NCBI GenBank assembly: GCA_022508535.1
Contig: JAFLUZ010000009.1
Span: forward strand, 3,480-67,479
Reading direction: 5' to 3'
DNA length: 64,000 bases
From: Erysipelotrichales bacterium
GTDB taxonomy: Bacteria; Bacillota_I; Bacilli_A; RFN20; CAG-826
Shown piece after piece: positions 29,533 through 39,622 of this stretch. The translations under genes and the position numbers were made by a program. The notes under the pieces were generated by a model, which was given only the letters and a program-made list of their open reading frames with translations, ran no database searches and was not told where the DNA came from. The stretch's first letter is position 1, and each line of letters opens with the position of its first letter.

Positions 29533-31002
29533 TTATTCATCCTTTAAATCTTCATTCAAATCTTGGATTTTTCCTGCTTTTAAGGCATCCAATTTTCTTC
29601 TTTGTTCATCTGTAAGTTCTGAGAACAATTGATATGATTTTTGGAATAGCAATGTCATAACATCTGTTTGACCATTTCTATTCTTAGCAAGGTTTACTCT
29701 AACTAATTGGGCAGTACTAGGAGATGACTTTTCATCTTTTTCTTCTTGGTCTTCTTTTTTTGCCCCTTCTTTTTTCTTTCTTTGTCCATCTGGGCTTAAT
29801 AAAATAATTAAATCTGCATCTTGCTCAATTTGGCCAGATTCTCTTAAATCTGCCATAGTTGGCTCGCCTTGTTCTTCTGCTTTACGATTTAATTGACATA
29901 AAACTATTACAGGAACTTTTAAGGTTCTTGCTAGTTGCTTTAATTTACGTGAATAGTCTGCTACTTCGTTTTGACGATTTTCTCCCTTTGATTTATCACT
30001 AGATGTAATCAAGCCGATATAATCTATTAAAACCATTGATAAATCGTTATGATTATTTTGCAATTTACGGGCTTTTGAAATCAAGTCAGCCATTTTAATA
30101 TTTGGCGAATCATCAATATATAACTTTAAGTTTGCCAATCTATTAGCGCTTGTTTTAATTTTTAAACGGTCTTCTTTATTAAGATATCCCGTCATAATCT
30201 TATTTAATTCCACACCAGAATCTATTGCAAGCATTCTTCTTGCAAGTGTATCTCCAGGCATTTCAAGAGAGAAAAAAGCGACTGTTTTACCGGTGTTCCT
30301 CGCAGCAGTAAGAGCAAAATTTAATGCTAATGCTGTTTTACCAACAGAAGGTCTTGCAGCCAAAATAATCATATTCTCCTTTTGGAAGCCATTGGTTAAG
30401 TTATCTAATCTTCTAATACCTGTAGTGATACCAATAAGATGATCCTCTCTAGTTTCTTTATAGGTCATTAAATCTTGATTAACTCTTTGAACATATTCAT
30501 TCAAACTAATAAATTCTGCAACTCTTCTTTGCTCTACAATTGAAGCAATTTCATCGCCAGAATGTGCGACAAAGTCAGAGACTGTTCCTTCAATTCCTTT
30601 GTTGTATTTATCCTTAATATCTTCCATCTTTATTAGAAGAGAACGCAAAACCGCACAATCTTTAAGCATCTTTATATAGTGCTCTAAGCTTGTTAACCCT
30701 ATGGCGTTTTCACTAAGATCTTTTAAGTAATCAACACCTGCAATTTCTTGCTTTTTCATGTTTTCTAATTCGTTATAGACTGTAACAACATCGACATTAT
30801 TTTGATTATCATTTAATCTTTTTATTGCCTGAAAAACCACTCTATTTGCAGCGTTCTTTTCATAAAAATCATCTTCTACTAAAGAACCCAAACAAGTAAT
30901 TAAAGCCTGTTCGGAAATTAACATTGCACCTAAAAGTGATTTTTCCACTAATATATCATTTGGTAACTTATACTCCATTAATTCCCACCTACTTTGCTTC
31001 AC
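29533..31002 (-). CDS. dnaB: Replicative DNA helicase
   Basis: DnaB N-terminal domain, Walker A AARPSVGKTA and RecA-like C-terminus. Confidence 0.9.
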   Translation of the reverse strand: MKQSRWELMEYKLPNDILVEKSLLGAMLISEQALITCLGSLVEDDFYEKNAANRVVFQAIKRLNDNQNNVDVVTVYNELENMKKQEIAGVDYLKDLSENAIGLTSLEHYIKMLKDCAVLRSLLIKMEDIKDKYNKGIEGTVSDFVAHSGDEIASIVEQRRVAEFISLNEYVQRVNQDLMTYKETREDHLIGITTGIRRLDNLTNGFQKENMIILAARPSVGKTALALNFALTAARNTGKTVAFFSLEMPGDTLARRMLAIDSGVELNKIMTGYLNKEDRLKIKTSANRLANLKLYIDDSPNIKMADLISKARKLQNNHNDLSMVLIDYIGLITSSDKSKGENRQNEVADYSRKLKQLARTLKVPVIVLCQLNRKAEEQGEPTMADLRESGQIEQDADLIILLSPDGQRKKKEGAKKEDQEEKDEKSSPSTAQLVRVNLAKNRNGQTDVMTLLFQKSYQLFSELTDEQRRKLDALKAGKIQDLNEDLKDE

Positions 31003-31447
31003 TTACATGTACTTTAATATCTGCTACTACGCCTTTATACAATTCATTTTTAAGAATTGTTATTCCTAATGTATTTACTGTTTCTTTATCAACGAATTTC
31101 TTTTTATCAATTATAATGTTGTATTGTTTTTTCAGCGCTTCAACAATTTGCTTTGAAGAAACCGAACCAAAAAGTTTTCCGTCTTTTCCCGAGTTTACTG
31201 CAAACTCCAAAGTTATGGATTTTAATCTTTCTCTTAGAATTTCAGCTTCTTTTTTTAATTTTTCATCTAAAAGACGAGCATCTTCCTTTTGTTTATCTAA
31301 AATCTCCACACTACGTTTTGTGGCAATGACACCTAATCTTCTAGGCAAAAGAAAGTTATTCGCATATCCATCACTAACTTCAATTGTTTGACCTTTTTTA
31401 CCTACATTTTTTACATCTTGTAATAAAATAACTTTCATGATAATCAC
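30989..31447 (-). CDS. rplI: 50S ribosomal protein L9
   Basis: MKVILLQDVKNVGKKGQTIEVSDGYANNFLLP. Confidence 0.9.
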   Translation of the reverse strand: MIIMKVILLQDVKNVGKKGQTIEVSDGYANNFLLPRRLGVIATKRSVEILDKQKEDARLLDEKLKKEAEILRERLKSITLEFAVNSGKDGKLFGSVSSKQIVEALKKQYNIIIDKKKFVDKETVNTLGITILKNELYKGVVADIKVHVSEAK

Positions 31448-31449
31448 TC

Positions 31450-33465
31450 CTATTTAACAGTTCTTACATAACTAATATATTGGTCTAATGTTTCCAATAA
31501 TTTTGCATTAACTTCTTCAATAGTCATATTTTCAAAGCTAGCAGCAGCCATAGCAAAGTGTCCGCCACCACCGATTTTTTCCATTAATGATTGAACATTT
31601 ATTGTTCCATCACTTCTTGCAGAAATTCTAACTTCTTTTTCACTTGTTCTACCAATAACAAAACAAGCGTTAACACCCTTAATTTGTAATGTTTGGTTTG
31701 CAACTTTTGCAAGTGTTGCTGGTTCAATAATATCTCTTTGATCAGCAAGAGATACAACAACACCAAAATGTGGAGTTGAAGAATTATTCATAATCTTTGT
31801 CTTTAAAGTATATTCTTCAAATTCATCTTTTAAGAAACTATCCGCTAAAGTATTGTCCGCACCATATTCTTTTAAAAGCATAGAAGCCGCAAATGTGCCA
31901 ATACCCGTTGTTTTAGTTCTAAAGAAATTCGTATCCAAATATATACCTGCTAACATAAATGTAGCATAGTCTGCAGGTAATTCAATTTTAGGATTAACTG
32001 AGGAATATTGAATTAATTCTGTGATCAATTCACTTGCTGATGAAGCTGATGGTTCAATATAACTAAATGCAGCATTTTCAATAAATTCTCCTGCACGTCT
32101 ATGGTGATCGATAACCGCAATGGTATTAGCCTCGTCTAATAGTTTTGGACATAGTGTCATTGAAGGTTTATGAACATCAGTAACAATTACTAAGGTATTA
32201 GCTTTTAATTTGTCCATAACATCATGTGGTGTAACCATAATTTTATTAATATCATCACGTGAGAAAAGAGTGGTGATAGCGTTCTTTGTCTTTGATTCAG
32301 TTGATTTAGGATCAAATACAATAGAAGCTGGTTTTTTAAGGCAATCACAAATCGCCTTAATTCCTAAAGAAGAACCCATAGAATCTAAATCACTATCTTT
32401 ATGTCCCATAATAATAACGTTTGAAGAACGGTTAATAAATGAAAGTAATGTATCAGCATTAACACGGGCTTTAACTTTATTGTGTCTTTCTTGCGCTTCA
32501 GATTTTCCGCCATAGAATGCCAAATCTTCACCATACTTAGAAACTACAACTTGGTCACCACCACGAGACATTGCAATATCAATTGTAGATGCTGCCATTT
32601 CGTTCAATTTAACAACATCCGGATAACCATGGGCGAATCCCATTGATAGTGTCAAAGGAGTCTCTTGATGTAAACTCAATTCACGAATCTTATCTAAAAT
32701 CGAGAATTTATCAATATCTCTCATTATTTCAAAATCTTTATAAAATAAGAAAACCATATATGCATCGGTACGATATCTTCTAAGCAGAGCATTATGTCTA
32801 GCAGCAAAATCGTTAATTGCCTTACGAACATCTGCTACTTGATCTGAACTTTCATCAATATTAATAGAAACATCAGAATAGTTATCAAGCATAATGTAGC
32901 CAATAACTGGAGCATGATCTTGCGAATAATTATAGTAAGATTCTGCTAAAGTAATATCTTTAAAAATGTATAGCATTGCATCCTTTAAAAACTTTACTTC
33001 ATAGACATGACTATTAACTTCAATCTTAATAGTTTCTTCTGGATCATTGACTTCTTTTAATTGACGTAATCTTGGTTGCCAATCAAAGATATTATTATCC
33101 ATGATATTTATTTGGCGATCAGAGAATAACTCATTAGTCCAAATTATTGTATCTGTGTCATCTACGACAAGAAGACCTATCATACCAAAGTTATAAGCTT
33201 CTTGCACGTCAGAGCCTATTAGATGTGCTGCTTTTAAATCTGTGCTATATCTTTTCTTGCCAATTATTTTAAATACAATAATAAAAGCAATAGTGTTAAT
33301 CAAGATTATGACAAAAGTAGCAATCAATATAATTATGATATCTACAATATCCTTTAAACCCCAAATGTTATAGAACCACAAAGTGAAAAAACCAGTGAGT
33401 ACTAATAATTCGATCAACAATAAAGTGACAATTCTAAATTTCAATGATTTAATAGTTTTAAACAT
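31450..33465 (-). CDS. gdpP: Cyclic-di-AMP phosphodiesterase GdpP (TM, PAS, degenerate GGDEF and DHH-DHHA1 domains)
   Basis: Two N-terminal TM helices, a DHH motif (IMGHKDSDLDSMGS), a DHHA1 C-terminus (GGGGH), and the conserved yybS-gdpP-rplI-dnaB synteny. Confidence 0.85.
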   Translation of the reverse strand: MFKTIKSLKFRIVTLLLIELLVLTGFFTLWFYNIWGLKDIVDIIIILIATFVIILINTIAFIIVFKIIGKKRYSTDLKAAHLIGSDVQEAYNFGMIGLLVVDDTDTIIWTNELFSDRQINIMDNNIFDWQPRLRQLKEVNDPEETIKIEVNSHVYEVKFLKDAMLYIFKDITLAESYYNYSQDHAPVIGYIMLDNYSDVSINIDESSDQVADVRKAINDFAARHNALLRRYRTDAYMVFLFYKDFEIMRDIDKFSILDKIRELSLHQETPLTLSMGFAHGYPDVVKLNEMAASTIDIAMSRGGDQVVVSKYGEDLAFYGGKSEAQERHNKVKARVNADTLLSFINRSSNVIIMGHKDSDLDSMGSSLGIKAICDCLKKPASIVFDPKSTESKTKNAITTLFSRDDINKIMVTPHDVMDKLKANTLVIVTDVHKPSMTLCPKLLDEANTIAVIDHHRRAGEFIENAAFSYIEPSASSASELITELIQYSSVNPKIELPADYATFMLAGIYLDTNFFRTKTTGIGTFAASMLLKEYGADNTLADSFLKDEFEEYTLKTKIMNNSSTPHFGVVVSLADQRDIIEPATLAKVANQTLQIKGVNACFVIGRTSEKEVRISARSDGTINVQSLMEKIGGGGHFAMAAASFENMTIEEVNAKLLETLDQYISYVRTVK

Positions 33466-33498
33466 ACAATCACCTCAATAATAATTATTATACATTAA

Positions 33499-33536
33499 AT
33501 AAAATAAAAAGGGTCATATATTTGAAAATATATGAC
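33499..33536 (-). terminator. Rho-independent terminator after yybS
   Basis: Perfect 10-bp stem GTCATATATT/AATATATGAC followed by a U-run on the minus strand. Confidence 0.55.
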
Positions 33537-33608
33537 ATTTTATAAAATTAGTTATTTTTTTATTTAGAGCTCTATTCGTTTTTACATTAACAAAATGTCA
33601 AAGATTTT

Positions 33609-34544
33609 TTACTTTGAATTCAGAGAAAACTTTGGTCTAATCGAATCAATAAAGCCAATTATTACCAACAAAATAGGCATAAATATTAAAATTAAGAATG
33701 TAACAACCAACAAATATCTTCGTTGCGTTCTAGCAAAATACATACTCATTACTACCACTGCTTCAATAATATAGGCAAGCGATAGCATTACTAAAATATT
33801 TAGTCCTATTGTAACAAGAAGTTGAACTAAACCAAATGTTTCATAATCAATTAAATTATTTATAAAAAACAAGCTTATTAAAGATAGTGGAAGAAAAATA
33901 TATGTCACAATTGCTGGGACTTTTATATTTAAAGCCAAAACACTTCCGCCTAAATTTATTTTTAAAATTCTTTGTGCCAATAATGTGATAATAAGATAAG
34001 ACAATATAGCTTCCATTATGCTATTAATAGCGATAATTGATGGAAAAATACTAACAAGTATGGCCAACAACGCATTATTAAGTATATCATTACTAATACC
34101 AAATTGGCTGAATATATCTAATATACTATTTGCAAAGGCTGCCATATCTTCTAAAATAGTATAACCAAATAAGGCCTTCGAAAAAATAACTGTTGTTAAT
34201 AAATTAACTATCAATGAGCCAATAAACATAATAGCGACTTTTAGTCCCAATTTATGTGGGAATTTGTTTATCGTAACTATATAAATTATTGAAACAATAG
34301 CAGATGGTAAAACATATAGCAATCCAATTAGCCAATTTATTATCAAGCTTATAAATACTATGGCAATCGCGGGCAAAATTGCTTTTTTATAATCATGTTT
34401 TAAACCATATAAAGTAATAGGCACAGGCAAAACAAATGCAAAATTAACAATTAAAAGTCCACCAGTTAAGTGATCAATCAAAAGCAATACTGCCATAACT
34501 GCCGCAATCATTGCGGCATCAGTTATATATCTTGTTTTTTTCAT
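33609..34544 (-). CDS. yybS: YybS-like polytopic membrane protein (DUF2232)
   Basis: Multi-TM protein in the conserved position upstream of gdpP. Confidence 0.55.
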   Translation of the reverse strand: MKKTRYITDAAMIAAVMAVLLLIDHLTGGLLIVNFAFVLPVPITLYGLKHDYKKAILPAIAIVFISLIINWLIGLLYVLPSAIVSIIYIVTINKFPHKLGLKVAIMFIGSLIVNLLTTVIFSKALFGYTILEDMAAFANSILDIFSQFGISNDILNNALLAILVSIFPSIIAINSIMEAILSYLIITLLAQRILKINLGGSVLALNIKVPAIVTYIFLPLSLISLFFINNLIDYETFGLVQLLVTIGLNILVMLSLAYIIEAVVVMSMYFARTQRRYLLVVTFLILIFMPILLVIIGFIDSIRPKFSLNSK

Positions 34545-34560
34545 ATGTGCCTCCTTTAAC

Positions 34561-34596
34561 TAAAAATAAAAGGCTTCCTACTATTTTGGAAGCCTT
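34561..34596 (-). terminator. Rho-independent terminator after rpsR
   Basis: AAAGGCTTCC / GGAAGCCTTT stem followed by a U-run on the minus strand. Confidence 0.55.
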
Positions 34597-34611
34597 TATA
34601 AGCATAACAAA

Positions 34612-34839
34612 TTACTCAACTGTATATGGTAATAATGCCATAAAGCGTGCATTTTTAATTGCAACAGCTATTTCTCTTTGGTGTTTCGCACATGTACCTG
34701 TTGTACGACGTGGTGAAATCTTTCCGTTTAAAGAAATATAGTGTTTGAGCATTTCTACATCTTTGAAATCAATTTTTGCTTCTTTGTTTTTGCAAAAATT
34801 ACAGACCTTTTTTCTAGGTCTCATTTTCTTATAACCCAT
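34612..34839 (-). CDS. rpsR: 30S ribosomal protein S18
   Basis: Full-length bS18 sequence: [75 protein letters not shown]. Confidence 0.9.
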   Translation of the reverse strand: MGYKKMRPRKKVCNFCKNKEAKIDFKDVEMLKHYISLNGKISPRRTTGTCAKHQREIAVAIKNARFMALLPYTVE

Positions 34840-34867
34840 AATAATACCGACCTTTCTTTTAATTTAA

Positions 34868-35311
34868 TTAGAATGGTAAGTCATCATCAGCGATGTCTAC
34901 CGTATTTAAATTATTATTATCGTTTGTCGAGTCCACAATTGTATCTTCAGGGAAAACAGGATCAAGTGGTGCGTTTTCAACATTAACAGATTTAGGTTCT
35001 AAGAATTGAACCGAATCGCATACCACTTCAAATATTGATGTGTTTTTACCTTCTTTATTCACATATGTGCGTTGTGTTAAACGACCTTCAACGCCAACGA
35101 GCGATCCCTTATGTGTGAATTTTGAAACCATCTCTGCAGTATTGTTCCAAGCAATACATGGAATAAAGCTAGCGCTTTTTTCTCCATTTTGGTTTTTACC
35201 GCGATTATCAACTGCAACAGTGAAGGATACAACAGGTGTGTTATTTTGAGCGGTTTTTCTTAATTCTGGATCACGAGCTAAACGTCCTACTAAAACTACA
35301 CGATTAATCAT
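34868..35311 (-). CDS. ssb: Single-stranded DNA-binding protein
   Basis: MINRVVLVGRLARDPELR... OB fold with an acidic tail ending DDDLPF. Confidence 0.9.
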   Translation of the reverse strand: MINRVVLVGRLARDPELRKTAQNNTPVVSFTVAVDNRGKNQNGEKSASFIPCIAWNNTAEMVSKFTHKGSLVGVEGRLTQRTYVNKEGKNTSIFEVVCDSVQFLEPKSVNVENAPLDPVFPEDTIVDSTNDNNNLNTVDIADDDLPF

Positions 35312-35329
35312 TTGATTTGTTCTCCTTAG

Positions 35330-35617
35330 TTAGTCTTTGTCAACGACAATAATGTGACGAATAACGTTGTTGTCAATCTTGACTAAACGATCGAATTCTT
35401 TAGTTGCAACAGTTTCTGCTTCAACTTTTAAGACAACATAATAACCTTTCATTTGGTCTTTAATTTCGTATGCTAATTCACGGAGTCCCCATTCATTAAC
35501 ATCGTTAACTTTTGCACCATTGTCAGTTAAAATCTTGCTTAACTTTTCGATTTCATTCTTACGATCTTCTTCGCTAAGTTGTGGCATAAGAATATACATA
35601 ATTTCGTACTTGCGCAT
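35330..35617 (-). CDS. rpsF: 30S ribosomal protein S6
   Basis: MRKYEIMYIL... and rpsF-ssb-rpsR synteny. Confidence 0.9.
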   Translation of the reverse strand: MRKYEIMYILMPQLSEEDRKNEIEKLSKILTDNGAKVNDVNEWGLRELAYEIKDQMKGYYVVLKVEAETVATKEFDRLVKIDNNVIRHIIVVDKD

Positions 35618-35700
35618 TTAGTACACCTCCCTATGGTCTATCTGGCTATTTAAAATAGCAGAGAGCATTTTTGATAGCCTTCACACTATCGATAAGATTA
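35618..35700 (-). promoter_or_regulatory. Possible structured rpsF 5' leader (S6:S18 autoregulatory element)
   Basis: On the minus strand GGCTATC...[GCTATTT-taa-AATAGC]...GATAGACC form nested stems immediately upstream of the rpsF RBS GGGAGG. Confidence 0.3.
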
Positions 35701-35834
35701 TATCTTATCAACTAGCAAAAGTAAAGAAAGATTTTTATCATTGCCGCCTATAAATAATATAGTAGCCCAAATTGCGAAAACGAATTATTAATTAACAATT
35801 AATCCAAAATGCTAAAAATAAAAACCGGGCCTTA

Positions 35835-37889
35835 TTAAACCCGATTTTTGTTATTTATATCATTCATTATCACATCGAGAATCATTCGCTTGATATACCT
35901 AGCCCCCGAGGTCTTAACTTTCTCCTCATTTAAAGACAACTTTTCTAAAATATTTAAAGTTGTATCATCACTTAAATCGCGATTACATGCGTATTTTTTG
36001 CATATTTCCTTTGATGTTTCTAGGTCTATATAATTAAATTCCACAATTGATGTTATCCGATTTAAGAATTCGTTTCTAAAGAATGCAAGAAGATTTTTAT
36101 ATGTATTATTTCCTACATTTCCTGACTCGTTTTGTCCAATATTGAAATTCATTTTGCTATCGTAATCCTCATGCCCAGCATTACTTGTCATAATAAAGAT
36201 CACATTATGGCAATTTATAATATTGTTGTGTGAATCTATAAAATATCCTTCATCAAAAATATTTAAAAAGAAATCCAATACTTCAACACTAGCTTTATCA
36301 ACTTCATCTAATAAAACTACACAGTTAGGATGATTTTTAATTTTTCTAACAAAACTAGTTAAATTTTCACTATCTTGATATCCCGGTGCTGCTCCAATTA
36401 ATCTATTAATAGACGTGTGGTCTTGAAAGCAAGCCATATCAAGTTTTATTAGACGCTCTGCACTTTGATAGTATTCTTTTGCAATTATCTTCGCACATTC
36501 GGTCTTACCAACGCCACTCGGTCCTACAAAAAGCATTGTTGCTAGTGGTGTATTTTCATTATTAAGTCCATATTCAACGCTAAGTAATGTTTTATAAATC
36601 GTTTCAATGGCTTTGCTTTGTCCATATATTTCTTTTTCCAACTCTTTTTTTACTTTTAGAGCTTTTGGTTCTTTAGTAATCGATACGTTATAGAATTTTT
36701 CAATCATTTTATTGATGTCATTTTTTGTTAGTTGCTTATCCGACATTACACAACTATTATCTAAAATATCTAAAGCTTTATCTGGAAAGGATTGATTAGG
36801 AACAAACTCCTCAGCCATTTCAACGATATATTTGGTCATCTCATCGTCAATTGTGATTTTATAATAGTCTTCATAAATTGGTTTCAAATTAGTTAGTATA
36901 TCAAGCGTTTCTTCTTTACTAGAAGGATCAACAAAGATAATTTGGAACCTTCGATTTAATGCTTTATCTTTTAAAAAGATATTATGATATTCATCACTTG
37001 TTGTTGCCCCAATGATTTGAATATCCCCACGTGATAAATATGGTTTAAGAATGTTACTTGCGTCAATAGCGCCTTCTGCACCACCAGCTTTTATAATATT
37101 ATGGATTTCATCAATAAAAATAATTGCATTTCCATCTTCGTTTACATTCTTAATAATCTTTTTTAGTTTATCTTCAAATTCTCCTCTATATTTTGTTCCA
37201 CCAACAACAGAGGCAATGTCTAATTCATATATTCTCTTACTTTCTAAACCTGGTACTTTGTTATCAGCAATTAATCGTGCTAATTCTTCTACAATTGCAG
37301 TTTTCCCAACCCCAGGTGCACCAACTAAGATTGCATTTGGTTTATTTCGTCTTCTTAATGCTAAAATTAATTGTTGTAGTTCGTTTTTTCTCCCAATCAA
37401 AGGATCCTTTTTAATTTTCGATAAATCATGTAAATCAATTATTTTATCCAATTCACTATGTTTTTTTTGATTTTTTATTAGTGTTGCTAATAACATCGCA
37501 GAATCTACATGGTTTTTATTAAATATTTCTTTACAAATTCCAGTCAAATTCTTCAAAAAAGAAATAAGCATTACATTTACTGACACTTTATCTTCTTTAT
37601 ATTCTTTGCTAATAGTCTGAGCTTCATCTAATAATTTTTTGAAGCTATCGTCATATTCCATAAAGAAAATATCTTGCTTCTGTTCGGCTTCGAAATATTT
37701 AACATCATTGACGACGCTTTTAAAGGTAATACCATACTTTTTAAGCATGACCGTCATTAGATTGTCTGGTATTTTTAAAACTGCTAATAAAAAATGTTCA
37801 CTACCGATAGAGTTATGTGATAAATCAAAAGATAACGACTCGGCAGAAGATATAACTCTTTGTGCTTCAAGGCAAAATTTTTCAAGCAT
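35835..37889 (-). CDS. Clp/Hsp100-family ATPase with two AAA+ modules and a Clp_N N-terminal repeat (compact ClpC/ClpE-like, 684 aa)
   Basis: AAA1 Walker A GAPGVGKTA and Walker B IIFIDEIH. AAA2 Walker A GPSGVGKTE and Walker B VVLLDEVDKA. Confidence 0.75.
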   Translation of the reverse strand: MLEKFCLEAQRVISSAESLSFDLSHNSIGSEHFLLAVLKIPDNLMTVMLKKYGITFKSVVNDVKYFEAEQKQDIFFMEYDDSFKKLLDEAQTISKEYKEDKVSVNVMLISFLKNLTGICKEIFNKNHVDSAMLLATLIKNQKKHSELDKIIDLHDLSKIKKDPLIGRKNELQQLILALRRRNKPNAILVGAPGVGKTAIVEELARLIADNKVPGLESKRIYELDIASVVGGTKYRGEFEDKLKKIIKNVNEDGNAIIFIDEIHNIIKAGGAEGAIDASNILKPYLSRGDIQIIGATTSDEYHNIFLKDKALNRRFQIIFVDPSSKEETLDILTNLKPIYEDYYKITIDDEMTKYIVEMAEEFVPNQSFPDKALDILDNSCVMSDKQLTKNDINKMIEKFYNVSITKEPKALKVKKELEKEIYGQSKAIETIYKTLLSVEYGLNNENTPLATMLFVGPSGVGKTECAKIIAKEYYQSAERLIKLDMACFQDHTSINRLIGAAPGYQDSENLTSFVRKIKNHPNCVVLLDEVDKASVEVLDFFLNIFDEGYFIDSHNNIINCHNVIFIMTSNAGHEDYDSKMNFNIGQNESGNVGNNTYKNLLAFFRNEFLNRITSIVEFNYIDLETSKEICKKYACNRDLSDDTTLNILEKLSLNEEKVKTSGARYIKRMILDVIMNDINNKNRV

Positions 37890-38042
37890 ATTTTCTCTCC
37901 TAAAATAATTTTATGTTAACGCTCTTTAATTTTTGCCAATATATTTTATTTTATACAAAATAAAAAACAAAAAAAATATCGAACAAAGGTTAAATATAAT
38001 AATGCTAAATCAATGTGTAACTCAGCATATATAAATCACTTA

Positions 38043-39479
38043 TTATTTTTTACGATTTGATAGTAGTTTCCTAATAAGAGTTAATTGGTTTAGTTTATCA
38101 TCAACATCGCTATAAGTATTGAGTTCATTTTCAACATAATCATATTCGCGCAAAACTTCTTCTGATTTTAGTAATTCATATTTACTACACATATCAATAT
38201 AATTGATTTTTGCTATAAAGTATTCATATGACAAGGCATTCCTTACTGTCACATTAAACTTCGCATTTTTTAACCATCGTTCTCTAGTTTTTATAGCTTT
38301 TTTATAATATTTCGTAGCTTCTTCTGTATTTTTTTGCGCCGCATACGTTCTTGCGATATTATAGGTTAAAAAACCAGTCCACATTTGCATCGACATGTCT
38401 ACTCTATTAACATATTCTAATGCTTTATTAAATGAATCTTGTGCCAATTGCAAATATGTATCATTATTTTTCAATCCTGATAACCTTAAGTATGTTAATC
38501 CAAGGTAATCATAATATACAATTATTATTAAAGGGTTTAATTCAACTGCTTCAGGAATCCCTTCAAACAAAAAATCATCAAGCAAATTTTCATATAATTC
38601 CGTAATTTCAGTAAAATTGTTTCTTTTAATACGAGTATATTCAATAATATTTGACGCAAGATTTTTAGTAAAATTTAAAATATCTGTCCTGCCATAGTAA
38701 TTAATATCAGATTCTTTATAATTTGATACAAGTAATGCGGTATTTGTCATAAAGTTATTAACTTCTTGAATCCGTCCAAAGATCGGTAAAAATCCTATTC
38801 TTTCAAAAAGATATATGCATCTTTCATCAAAATGTGGTAAACTCGCGCATTCGTTATACCAATGCGTCAATATTTCAGAAAAAAAACTTACTCCATCTTT
38901 AGAAGTTTGGTTATCATCAACAAATATATTTTCATAATCTACATAATATTCTTTTCGTGTAAACAATCTATCGTATTGTGGTATTTGCTCTAAATTGATG
39001 TTACCACCAATCGAATTCTTGCTAAATTGCAGCAATTTAGAGATTATATCATCTATAACTGTTTGAAAATTAGACGCATTAAATTGTCGAATTTCAAGGC
39101 TGTTTATATCAGATGGTAATTCTATACTTTCAGAATGAATATCAAAATCGCTCAGAATAAGGCACCTTTCTCTCCCAAGTTGAACCAAAGCCATTCCGAG
39201 TTCAAATATAACATTTTGTCTCAATCTATATTTGGTGCCGAATTCCGTGCTTAAACAATCATCGGCGGTTAAAAAAGCAACGCAAAATTCACTTTCTTTA
39301 AACAAACTTATGACATTTGATAGTAATTCTGTTGTCAATATACTATCCATTATAATTTTTGATGAAAGTGGATATCGCTCAATTTCGGAGAAACTTTCAA
39401 TCTTACTGTTTAATACATCGGCATATTTTCTACCACTGCCACCATAAATAATTGAAACAGTTTTGTACTTTCGTATCAT
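38043..39479 (-). CDS. Stand-alone protein with an N-terminal TIR-like domain (PF10137/CAP12-type) and C-terminal TPR-like repeats, a candidate defence or signalling effector
   Basis: N-terminus VSIIYGGSGRKYADVLNSKIE...EFCVAFLTADDCL...RQNVIFELGMALVQLGRERCLIL matches my recollection of the PF10137 TIR-like core (FxL...DD...R.NV.FELG...LGreR..il). The C-terminal third is helical TPR-like (AQDSFNKALEY...EEATKYYKKAIKT). It has its own flanking AT-rich intergenic regions. Confidence 0.55.
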   Translation of the reverse strand: MIRKYKTVSIIYGGSGRKYADVLNSKIESFSEIERYPLSSKIIMDSILTTELLSNVISLFKESEFCVAFLTADDCLSTEFGTKYRLRQNVIFELGMALVQLGRERCLILSDFDIHSESIELPSDINSLEIRQFNASNFQTVIDDIISKLLQFSKNSIGGNINLEQIPQYDRLFTRKEYYVDYENIFVDDNQTSKDGVSFFSEILTHWYNECASLPHFDERCIYLFERIGFLPIFGRIQEVNNFMTNTALLVSNYKESDINYYGRTDILNFTKNLASNIIEYTRIKRNNFTEITELYENLLDDFLFEGIPEAVELNPLIIIVYYDYLGLTYLRLSGLKNNDTYLQLAQDSFNKALEYVNRVDMSMQMWTGFLTYNIARTYAAQKNTEEATKYYKKAIKTRERWLKNAKFNVTVRNALSYEYFIAKINYIDMCSKYELLKSEEVLREYDYVENELNTYSDVDDKLNQLTLIRKLLSNRKK

Positions 39480-39569
39480 TAATAGCGCCTCCTTTAATAG
39501 GGTAACTCATCTTTAACATCTTATCACGAACATATACTCATTTCAATTTAAGTGTTAATCGATAATCTA

Positions 39570-39602
39570 TAAAAAAATAGGATAGTCAATACTATCCTAT
39601 TA
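39570..39602 (-). terminator. Rho-independent terminator after lysS
   Basis: AATAGGATAGT / ACTATCCTATT stem followed by a U-run on the minus strand. Confidence 0.55.
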
Positions 39603-39622
39603 ATTGTTTTTTGTTGTTTATT

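Noticed and set aside
37051-37470. 139-aa and 73-aa ORFs antisense to the Clp ATPase gene
   Set aside because: They are embedded in a clearly conserved AAA+ coding region on the other strand and have no translation signals.
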